Below are positions 50,092 to 57,977 of a DNA stretch of 64,000 nt, piece by piece. Under the pieces are notes generated by a model. That model searched no databases, was not told where the DNA came from, and saw nothing but the letters and a program-made list of their open reading frames with translations. Location: positions 5,092 to 69,091 of the forward strand of contig JAGRNR010000009.1 in assembly GCA_020440645.1 (NCBI GenBank), in the 5' to 3' direction. Position 1 is the first letter of the stretch. Each line of letters begins with the position of its first letter. The stretch comes from a bacterium. Lineage in GTDB: Bacteria; 4484-113; JAFGCY01. A program made the position numbers and the translations under genes.

Positions 50092-52914
50092 CTAGGCTTC
50101 CGGCAGGACCTCCATCATGTAGTCCTGCTCGAGCTTCGGGTTCGAGCTGGCCCACACGTAGGCATTGATGTAGTAGGTACCGGGCGCGGTGAAGTTGTAC
50201 GTGATCGACTCGTTGTCAGTGGTGCTTGTCGATGAGCCGATCTGGGACGTGCCGTCGGTGTCATACAGCTTCAGGTCGAGGTCGGACAGCGCATCGGTGA
50301 AGTACATGTTGATCACATAGCTGCCCGGTGTCACGATCTGGATCTTCATCCAGTCCGACTCGTCGCCATCCAGCGGCCCGTCCGGCCCGAGGTTGCCGAA
50401 CCAGCCGGTGAAGTCCGTGCCGGGGAACATGTTGCCGGTCAGGTAGTCGTCATTGTCCTCAACCTCGTCGTAGGTCAGGCTGACCGAGATATCCACCGAG
50501 TCGGTGCCACTGGCACCGTACTGGTCCGTCACGCGCACCATCGCGCTGACTGTGCCGGCCGAGTAGTAGGTATGGGTCACGAAGGGGTCGGTGGTGGTCT
50601 CGTCCCAGGTGCCGTCTCCGTTGTAGTCCCACTCGAACTTCGTCAGGTCATGCCCGTCCGGGTCGGTGCTGCCGCTGGCATCGAAGTCCACCACAAGCGG
50701 GGCCTCGCCACTCAGCGGGCTGGCGGTCAGGACCACATTCGGGTTGCCGTTGATCGAGTTGACGTTTACGGTCTTCGTCACCTTGCCACCCTGGTCGTCG
50801 GTCACGCGCACCTTGACCGCCACCGTGCCGGAAACCGTCATGTCGCCCATGAAGACTGAGGTCGTGCCGGTGTCCTGCTCGAAGCTGCCGTTGCCATCGA
50901 CGTCCCACTCGTACTTGGTGATCGTGCCGTCCGGGTCGTAGCTGCCCGTCGCATCCAGCGTGACCGGGAAGGGCACGTTGCCACTGAGCGGGCTGACGTT
51001 GAAGGTGACCACCGGCAGGCGGTTCACGCTGGCATCGAAGGTGTAGTCCGCCGGACCGCGGTCAGTCGCGCTGGCGTAGATGTAGATCCGGATGAAGTAG
51101 GTGCCGGTCTTGTCAGCCGGGATCGAGTAGCTGATCGACTCCGTGTTGCCCGTGCCGGTGGAGGATGCCACCGAGGTGCTCAGGTCGGATTCATGGAACA
51201 GGCGGATGTCAATGTCAGCCTCGGCATCGATGAAGGCCAGGTTCAGCTGCACCTCCAGTGGCTCGGGTGCCGCGAACACAAGCCAGTCCTCCTCGCTGCC
51301 GTCATAGCCGCCCACTCCGAGGTTGCCACGCCAGCCCTGGATGCCCTTCGCATAGCCGCCATAGCCCGGCAGCTGGTCAGCGGAAGCGCTGTCGTCATTC
51401 GCCTCGGTCTCGTGGTAGTTGCCGGCGCTGTCAACGATGAGCGTGGCCTGGAAGGTGTCATTCAGGCCGCCGCTGTCGGTCACGCGCAGGACCGGGGTGT
51501 AGGTGCCGATGCCGGGGTAGGTATGCTGGGCAGTGGCCGTGCCGCCGTTGTCAAGCTCGTAGGTTCCGTCACCGTCCCAGTCGAACTCGTACTTGACGAT
51601 GTCGTCGTCCGGGTCAGTAGAGACGGAGGCGTCGAAGTTGAACACGCCGTCATCGGTGCGGAAGCCGTAGTCCACCAGCATCAGTGCGTCCGGCGGGCTC
51701 TGCACCCCGACCTCCATCACCTCGATCAGCAGGTTGTCAGTCGCCGTGCTGCCGAGGTCGTCAGTCACGCGAAGCTTGATGTCGTAGCTGCCTGGATCGT
51801 TGAACGTTGTCGATGTGCTGTCGACCACGCCGGTGTCCTTCTCGAAGCTGCCGTTGCCGTCGAGGTCCCATTCGTACTTGACGATCGTGCCGTCCGGGTC
51901 GGAGCTGCCTGTGCCGTTGAACAGCACGGTGAGCGGTGCGGAACCGGTGGTCTTGTTGGCGCCGAGCACCGCCGTCGGCGGGTCGTTGTCAATGACAGGG
52001 GTGACGCTGACAACGGTCTCCGCGATGCGCTGGGCGCCCTCATTGTCAGTCAGCTGCACGCGCACGAGGAAGTTGCCTGTCTGGTTGTAGACATGCTGCG
52101 TGGTCTGGTCGGTACCGGGGGCACCGAAGCCGTCACCGGTGAAGTCCCATTCGAAGCTTGTGATGTCGCCGTCGATGTCATAGCTCGCACTGGCGTCGAA
52201 GTTGACGGTCAGCGGCACGGTGCCGCTGGTCGTGTCAGCCTGCAGGTCCGCCACCGGTGCGATGTTGTCACCGAGGCGCAGCTGGCCGAGGCTGTAGCTG
52301 CCCTGCCCGGTCAGCACCACGGCGATGTACAGGGTGTCCGTCGGGGAGAAGAAGTCCGCCAGGTTGCCGAAGTCCATCGCCGTGCCGGCGGCCGGTCCCT
52401 GGAACCACTGCCAGCGGCCGGCATCGAAGTTGCTGATGCCGATGAAGTAGTTGCCGGCGGGCGGCGTGGTGCCATCCCACCACAGCTGCAGGGTGCCGGG
52501 GCTGACATAGCCGGTCAGGCCGAAGCCGTAGACCGCCCAGGCCAGGTCGCTGGTGGGCGGGTTGGCGGTGCGCACCCAGTCCGGCGTCATCACGAGGAAA
52601 TCCCCGTCCACACTGGAGAAGGACTTCATTTCCGGCGTGATCAGCTGCGAACCAAAGCGGATGAAGTCCTCCGGCGCATTGCTCGAGCTGCGCTCGACGG
52701 CCGGCAGGTCTGAAAGGTCCGGCACCCCGTCCATGGCCACGGTGATCTCCGGCGCGGGCTTGGCATGTTCGATGCTGTATTCGAGGACCGGCTGTTCCTC
52801 ATTGAACTCGAACTTCTCGCGCTTGAAGAGTACCTGGTCTCCGCCCGACCCGCCTCCGCAGGAGGTGAGCAGGATTGAGACGGCGATGGCCCAGACATAT
52901 AGTGCATTTCTCAT
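50092..52914 (-). CDS. Paralog 4 (940 aa): lipoprotein with the unknown N-domain, PKD repeats, PPC, two further PKD and a second PPC
   Basis: MRNALYVWAIAVSILLTSCGGGSGG, LAWAVYGFGLTGY, FEWDFTGDGF, YEWDLDGNGSFE, YEFDWDGDGTYE, and two PPC blocks (ETEANDDSASADQL... and EVEDNDDYLTGN...). Confidence 0.85.
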   Translation of the reverse strand: MRNALYVWAIAVSILLTSCGGGSGGDQVLFKREKFEFNEEQPVLEYSIEHAKPAPEITVAMDGVPDLSDLPAVERSSSNAPEDFIRFGSQLITPEMKSFSSVDGDFLVMTPDWVRTANPPTSDLAWAVYGFGLTGYVSPGTLQLWWDGTTPPAGNYFIGISNFDAGRWQWFQGPAAGTAMDFGNLADFFSPTDTLYIAVVLTGQGSYSLGQLRLGDNIAPVADLQADTTSGTVPLTVNFDASASYDIDGDITSFEWDFTGDGFGAPGTDQTTQHVYNQTGNFLVRVQLTDNEGAQRIAETVVSVTPVIDNDPPTAVLGANKTTGSAPLTVLFNGTGSSDPDGTIVKYEWDLDGNGSFEKDTGVVDSTSTTFNDPGSYDIKLRVTDDLGSTATDNLLIEVMEVGVQSPPDALMLVDYGFRTDDGVFNFDASVSTDPDDDIVKYEFDWDGDGTYELDNGGTATAQHTYPGIGTYTPVLRVTDSGGLNDTFQATLIVDSAGNYHETEANDDSASADQLPGYGGYAKGIQGWRGNLGVGGYDGSEEDWLVFAAPEPLEVQLNLAFIDAEADIDIRLFHESDLSTSVASSTGTGNTESISYSIPADKTGTYFIRIYIYASATDRGPADYTFDASVNRLPVVTFNVSPLSGNVPFPVTLDATGSYDPDGTITKYEWDVDGNGSFEQDTGTTSVFMGDMTVSGTVAVKVRVTDDQGGKVTKTVNVNSINGNPNVVLTASPLSGEAPLVVDFDASGSTDPDGHDLTKFEWDYNGDGTWDETTTDPFVTHTYYSAGTVSAMVRVTDQYGASGTDSVDISVSLTYDEVEDNDDYLTGNMFPGTDFTGWFGNLGPDGPLDGDESDWMKIQIVTPGSYVINMYFTDALSDLDLKLYDTDGTSQIGSSTSTTDNESITYNFTAPGTYYINAYVWASSNPKLEQDYMMEVLPEA

Positions 52915-52959
52915 GAGGAATTCCTCTGGTTTCAGCGTGGAATACGGGTAAACATGCTG

Positions 52960-52965
52960 ATTTTA
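52960..52965 (-). promoter_or_regulatory. Putative -10 box TAAAAT for paralog 4
   Basis: It lies 45 nt upstream of the ATG at 52914, in the AT-rich divergent region shared with the S8 protease gene. AGAGGAA SD lies 6 nt before the ATG. Confidence 0.3.
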
Positions 52966-53103
52966 CCGGATTTTATGGTGACACATGTGAAAGATTAATT
53001 GTGTACCGCCGGTCGGTTTCATCTCAATTTGAAGTACCCTTGAAATTGTGGAAGAATTGTAAGAGGGCAGGCAAGCATGCCTGTCCGGCTGGCTGGACAA
53101 GCA

Positions 53104-56100
53104 ATGAAACGAAGCATCTTCACTCCTATGATCCTGTTTGTGCTGCTGATTGGCGCATGCGCCTCACAGCAGCAGCTCAGTGCTGAACCGGGTGCAGGCG
53201 GCACTACGGTGTTCGATAACGACGCAGGCAGCCCGGGCCTCGTGGATGACCCCGGCATGCTGGCCCTGCCCGGTGAGCCGGGCAACCTGGCCGGACTGCG
53301 CAATGTCGCGGACCCGGAGGCTGAGCTGGAACTGCCGCGGCGCACGGCGCGGGCCGGGCAGGACTTTGCCGCCAACCGCCTGGTGGTGGTCTGGGAGAAC
53401 CAGCCGGACCCGGCGGTGCAGCAGCAGTACATGGGCGGCGGCCCGCAGGCGGACCTCAGGCGGGCGACGGACAACCATCCGCTGGTGGACCACCCCTTCT
53501 ACCGCCGTGTCAGCCACAACTTCGCCCAGCACTACGGCCTCAGTGAGTTCGGCCGGGTGTTCTACAAGGATGTCAACTTCACTGCATATGAAGTGCCCGG
53601 CCTGACGGATGTCAGCCAGCTGGACGCGCTGATGCAGAAGCTGCTCAGCGAGAACCGGGGCCTCGTGCGCGAGGTGAACTACGACTTCTACGTGGACATC
53701 AGCCAGACGGTGGAAACTGAGCCGGTGCCGCTTGATCAGGAGCGCATCCAGCAGGTCATCCAGTCCTCTCCGGCTGCACCACAGCGCATGCGTGAGCAGA
53801 ACCGCAGCACGAGCGCTGCCCCGAATGACCCGATGCACCTGAACCTGAGCGGCAGCGACGGCGGCACCTGGGCAAACTGGCGCATCGGTGCGGTCGACGG
53901 CCAGGCCTGGGACAGCGGGGTGGGCAGCCATGACGTGGTGGTGGCGGTGGTGGACACCGGTGTGCGCTACACGCATGAGGACCTCGCTGACAACGCGATC
54001 GAGCCCGCCGCGGAATTCCCGTACAACGAACCGGGCATCCTGACGGACGTGATCAACAAGGACAACGACCCGTTTGACGACCACGGCCACGGCACCTACT
54101 GCTCCGGCATCGTCGGCGCCGTTGGCAACAACGGGCTCGGGCTGGCCGGTGCCAACCAGCAGGTCAGCATCCTGCCGGTCAAGGTGCTCAGCGGCGGCGG
54201 CAGCGGCAGCGAGACCCAGGTGGCGGAAGGCATGCTGCTGGCGGACTACCTCGGGGCGGACATCATCAGCATGTCGCTCGGCGGGGATTTCCCGGACCGC
54301 ATCATGCAGCTGGCCGCCAAGCAGTGCGACAGTGACGGAGTGCTGGTGGTGGTGGCCGCCGGCAACAACAACTGGGGCGGGCTGTTCTACCCGGCCTACT
54401 ACCCGGAATGCCTCGGGGTCGGTGCGACCACACTTGTCAACGACTCCAATGACCAGGACTTCAGCCAGGTGGACGGCGAGATCCCGACGGCTGACCGGTA
54501 CGACGCGCGCGCCAACTTCTCCAACTACGGCAGCTGGGTGGACATCGCTGCCCCCGGCGTGCAGGTGCGCTCGACATCAAACGGCTCGGACACTTCATAC
54601 GGCGCAAGTGGTGCCGGCACCAGCTTCGCCTGTCCCTACGTGGCCGGCTGCGCAGCGCTGCTGTGGGCGCATATGGGGCCGGACAAAAGCAACCATGAGG
54701 TGCGCGGCATGCTGCAGGGCAGTGCCACCGTGATGGACCACCTCAACAACGGTGCCAACCCGCGCGGCTTCATTGACAACGACACCAACGGCACGGTGCG
54801 CTTCGTGAACGTCTGGGAGGCGATCAAGCTGTACGATGCCGGGCCCTATGAAGCGCCGGCTGTCAGCTGGACCAGCCCGCTGGAGGGAGCGAGCGTCAGC
54901 GGCCTGACCGACCTGCAGCTGGAGATCACGGGCGGCAGCGGCAACATCCTAAAGGTGTCCTTTGAGACCCCGACGCGGCACCTCGGCACGGTGACCGAGG
55001 AGACTGGCGGCTTCTGGCAACTGAGCTGGGACAGCGCGTTTGAGTTCAACGGCGGGCAGACCATCACGGCGACGGTGACGGACGACGTCGGGCACATCAT
55101 CAGCCTGCCGCTGCATGTCAACTGTGACAATGCGCACATCGTGCCGGAGTGGCAGGAGGGCTTCGACGGCCTGGCGGATGACACGCTGCCGGCGGGCTGG
55201 TCCGTGCTGGATGGCAACGCCGGTACCAACAACACCATCTGGGGCGCTGACAACTCAGATGGTGGCGATGCCTCCCCTTCGATGCACTCCAGCGGCAGCA
55301 CGGGGAACTACGCCCCCAACAGCAATGACTGGCTGTATGCGCCGGTGATCGACCTGACAGGCGTTGCCAGCGCCTCGCTCGAGTTCAACTACCTGCACCG
55401 GATGGCCAATGACGGCGGTTTCCTGTTCATCACGGCGGATGACGAGACCTACGCCGGCGACGGATTCTTCGGCGGTGGCAACCCGGACTGGGACAGCTAC
55501 AGCTTTGACCTGACGCCGTTTTGCGGCGCGGAAGTGCGCATCTTCTGGGTGATCGACTGCAATGGCGGCAACCAGGCCGGCGGGATGTGGATTGACGACG
55601 TGCACATCACCGTGCCGGAGGGCACGCCGCCGACCGTCAGCATAGACAGCCCGCTGGCCAATGCCAGCGTGGACGGCATCGTGGACGTGCAGCTGACCCT
55701 GAGCGATGATACGGTGGCGGTCGAACTGATCGGCCTGCCGGTCAGTGCCCCGCCGCTGCTGTTTGACAGCATCCCGGACAACGACCCCGAGAACCCGACG
55801 AAGACATTCACGGCCACATGGGACAGCCGCCAGACCGGCACCGGAAATGTGCTGCTGCGCGCGCGGGCCTATGATGATGAAAGTGACAACGGCGGGCTGG
55901 ATGACCTGGCGGCCGAGGACAGCGTGGTGCTGGACGTGACAAACCCCGTGGCCGGCCCCGGCTGGCTGGAGGACTTCGAGGATGTGGTGGACCTCGGCGG
56001 GACTGACAACGGCCAGCCGGATGGTGCGTGGTTCCGTATCGGCGCTGACCCGGTGCGCTGGCGTACGGGCCTGCAGGCCCCCTGGCGCGGCCTGGGCCAC

Positions 56101-56775
56101 GCCTACTTCGGCCCTGATGGCGGCGGAGACTATGGCAACGATGAACTGGGCTGGCTGTACAGTCCGCTGATTGATCTGGCTGCTGCGGCCCGCCCGCGGA
56201 TCCGCCTGCAGCACAGCCTCGACGTGGACGCTGCCAATGCCGACCGTGCAGTGGTCTACATGGTGCGTTATAACGGCAGTGAGGTGCTGGAAGCCAACCT
56301 GTTTGAACAGCGCAATGACACTGCTGGTTACCAGCCGCTGCTGTTCAACCTTGACGGGATGTCCCAGCAGCCCTTCCGCCTGCTGTTCCTGTTCGACTCC
56401 GATGGCAACAGCCAGGCCGGCAGCGGCTGGAGCCTGGATGACATAGAGGTAATGGATGCTGATCCCTTCCTGCTAGGCCTGACTCAGCCGCGCGGCTATC
56501 CCGGCCAGACGGTGGTGCTCAATGGCAGCAACTTTGGGGTGCTGCAGGAGGACAGCTTCGTCAGCTTCCGCAGTGAGGGTGGCGGCAGCACGCTTGCAAC
56601 AGTCAGCTCATGGAGCAATACGGAAATCAGCGTGGTCGTGCCGCCGGATGCTGATAGTGGCGATGTGTTCGTGACCGTGCTGGGCTTTGAAAGCAATGCG
56701 CGCCACTTCAGCCGGCTGCTGGACCCGACTGAGCTGACCGGCATCGGACAGTTCAGCCTGTCTGACGGCATCTGA
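53104..56775 (+). CDS. Subtilisin-family (S8) serine protease lipoprotein with Ig-like, two choice-of-anchor-J/MAM-like domains and an IPT/TIG domain (1223 aa)
   Basis: MKRSIFTPMILFVLLIGACAS. Catalytic triad contexts VAVVDTGV (Asp), HGHGTYCSGIVGA (His) and GTSFACPYVAGCAALL (Ser). C-terminal DWLYAPVIDL and GWLYSPLIDL blocks, then the TIG-like GQTVVLNGSNFG...GDVFVTV. Confidence 0.9.
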   Translation: MKRSIFTPMILFVLLIGACASQQQLSAEPGAGGTTVFDNDAGSPGLVDDPGMLALPGEPGNLAGLRNVADPEAELELPRRTARAGQDFAANRLVVVWENQPDPAVQQQYMGGGPQADLRRATDNHPLVDHPFYRRVSHNFAQHYGLSEFGRVFYKDVNFTAYEVPGLTDVSQLDALMQKLLSENRGLVREVNYDFYVDISQTVETEPVPLDQERIQQVIQSSPAAPQRMREQNRSTSAAPNDPMHLNLSGSDGGTWANWRIGAVDGQAWDSGVGSHDVVVAVVDTGVRYTHEDLADNAIEPAAEFPYNEPGILTDVINKDNDPFDDHGHGTYCSGIVGAVGNNGLGLAGANQQVSILPVKVLSGGGSGSETQVAEGMLLADYLGADIISMSLGGDFPDRIMQLAAKQCDSDGVLVVVAAGNNNWGGLFYPAYYPECLGVGATTLVNDSNDQDFSQVDGEIPTADRYDARANFSNYGSWVDIAAPGVQVRSTSNGSDTSYGASGAGTSFACPYVAGCAALLWAHMGPDKSNHEVRGMLQGSATVMDHLNNGANPRGFIDNDTNGTVRFVNVWEAIKLYDAGPYEAPAVSWTSPLEGASVSGLTDLQLEITGGSGNILKVSFETPTRHLGTVTEETGGFWQLSWDSAFEFNGGQTITATVTDDVGHIISLPLHVNCDNAHIVPEWQEGFDGLADDTLPAGWSVLDGNAGTNNTIWGADNSDGGDASPSMHSSGSTGNYAPNSNDWLYAPVIDLTGVASASLEFNYLHRMANDGGFLFITADDETYAGDGFFGGGNPDWDSYSFDLTPFCGAEVRIFWVIDCNGGNQAGGMWIDDVHITVPEGTPPTVSIDSPLANASVDGIVDVQLTLSDDTVAVELIGLPVSAPPLLFDSIPDNDPENPTKTFTATWDSRQTGTGNVLLRARAYDDESDNGGLDDLAAEDSVVLDVTNPVAGPGWLEDFEDVVDLGGTDNGQPDGAWFRIGADPVRWRTGLQAPWRGLGHAYFGPDGGGDYGNDELGWLYSPLIDLAAAARPRIRLQHSLDVDAANADRAVVYMVRYNGSEVLEANLFEQRNDTAGYQPLLFNLDGMSQQPFRLLFLFDSDGNSQAGSGWSLDDIEVMDADPFLLGLTQPRGYPGQTVVLNGSNFGVLQEDSFVSFRSEGGGSTLATVSSWSNTEISVVVPPDADSGDVFVTVLGFESNARHFSRLLDPTELTGIGQFSLSDGI

Positions 56776-57900
56776 TCACAGGCTGTCCGGGCCGAATGGG
56801 ACTACAGCATCGCCGTCAATCCAGTGCAGGCCATGCTCGCCGGTGCCCACCCAGGTCCGGCCCGCCTTGTCACGCTGGACCGTCATGGTGAATGCGCCAT
56901 TGCAGATCGGATACTTGTGCACCTTGCCGGCGGCGTACTGCCAGACTCCATCAGTGCCGCAGGCCAGCCACATCGTTCCGTCCGGATCCTGTGTGACTGA
57001 GGCAAAGTAACTGAAGTTGTCAGCATTGTCAGTGCCTGCATCCGGCAGGCCCGGCAGCTTGCTGTAGGCAAGCTGGCTGAATCCAGCTTCCAGCCTGGCT
57101 TCAGCGGAGAACTCAAAGCGCTGCCGCGTGTTACAGATCCAGAAGGCGCCATCCCGGTCCTCGAAGATGGAGCGCAGGCCGAAGTTTCCGCCAGCCGGGG
57201 TGTTCACCAGTTCGTCCTCGTACAGCCAGCTGAACTCCCGGCCATCCCAGCGGCAGGCTCCAAGCGAAGCCGTCCCGAACCAGACATTGCCAGCTCGGTC
57301 CCTGTAAATGGTGTAGACACCGGCCGGGTCATAGCCGAGGTTCGGGTTGCGCCTGCGGTAATCCTCCAGTCCGGGAGCCGGCGGCAGATGCAGGCTTATC
57401 AAGCTGTCGCCATCAAACAGGCAGGGATTGTTCCTCGCAGGGTCCAGGATCAGCCAGACCTGCTTGGGCCCTGGTTTGAGGGTGCCCCAGTCCTGGCCGT
57501 AGTCAACAGGTTCAAGCAGCGAGAAGTTCTGTCCATCGAAGCGTGAAAGGCCCCTAGTGGTGGTGATCAGCAGGCCGCCGGAGCCGTCGCCAGTGATGCC
57601 CCGCACATTGTTGCCAGCCAGGCCGTCGGCTTCCGTGTAGTTCGTGATTTCCTGCCCGGCGATCCGGAACAGGCCGCTTTCCGTGCAGCCCAGCCAGTAA
57701 ACGCCATCCGGGTCCTGGTGGATGCACCAGGCGCCCGATCCCACTTCATTGACAATCCGGCCCGGCTGGGAAACGCCTTCGCTGGCAACAGCCGGACTGG
57801 CCAGCGGGCGCTGAGCCCGGGCCAGCAGGTAAACGGATAAGACCAGCAGCAGTGGCAGGACGAGGCCAGCAATGCGCCAGGCTTGGGGTTTATTGGACAT
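56776..57900 (-). CDS. Membrane-anchored beta-propeller protein (two-component-regulator-propeller-like repeats)
   Basis: MSNKPQAWRIAGLVLPLLLVLSVYLLARA, with repeats such as GVYWLGCTESGLFRI, GLLITTTRGLSRFDG, NVWFGTASLGACRWDG and TMWLACGTDGVWQY. The track ORF (to 58209) is over-extended. TACAAT lies 8 nt before the ATG at 57900. Confidence 0.75.
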   Translation of the reverse strand: MSNKPQAWRIAGLVLPLLLVLSVYLLARAQRPLASPAVASEGVSQPGRIVNEVGSGAWCIHQDPDGVYWLGCTESGLFRIAGQEITNYTEADGLAGNNVRGITGDGSGGLLITTTRGLSRFDGQNFSLLEPVDYGQDWGTLKPGPKQVWLILDPARNNPCLFDGDSLISLHLPPAPGLEDYRRRNPNLGYDPAGVYTIYRDRAGNVWFGTASLGACRWDGREFSWLYEDELVNTPAGGNFGLRSIFEDRDGAFWICNTRQRFEFSAEARLEAGFSQLAYSKLPGLPDAGTDNADNFSYFASVTQDPDGTMWLACGTDGVWQYAAGKVHKYPICNGAFTMTVQRDKAGRTWVGTGEHGLHWIDGDAVVPFGPDSL

Positions 57901-57908
57901 CACAGCGG

Positions 57909-57914
57909 ATTGTA
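57909..57914 (-). promoter_or_regulatory. -10 box TACAAT, 8 nt upstream of the ATG at 57900
   Basis: The minus strand reads TACAAT ccgctgtg ATG. Confidence 0.45.
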
Positions 57915-57965
57915 TGCGCTGCTGGGTGATCAAGGTCTGGATTGGCATCCCAGTCTGGGCTGAAG

Positions 57966-57971
57966 TAGAAT
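57966..57971 (+). promoter_or_regulatory. -10 box TAGAAT, 6 nt upstream of the ATG at 57978 (leaderless configuration)
   Basis: The + strand reads TAGAAT ctatgc ATG. Confidence 0.5.
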
Positions 57972-57977
57972 CTATGC

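Noticed and set aside
43454-52914. The paralog array as targets of a diversity-generating retroelement or as a phase-variable cassette system
   Set aside because: There is no reverse transcriptase, no template repeat, no invertase/recombinase and no obvious inverted repeats flanking promoters in the window. Divergence is spread over the whole genes.
7656-56214. Other very long ORFs opposite recognised genes (7656..8873+, 12277..13431+, 15690..16616+, 18229..19074-, 19252..20349-, 26017..27366+, 28494..29939-, 30272..31165+, 34790..36205+, 38953..40245-, 51193..52713+, 53164..54090-, 55255..56214-)
   Set aside because: Each lies entirely antisense to a gene with clear family motifs. Each has a His/Arg/Gly/Asp/Ala-rich composition without motifs, so these are stop-depleted shadow frames in high-GC DNA.
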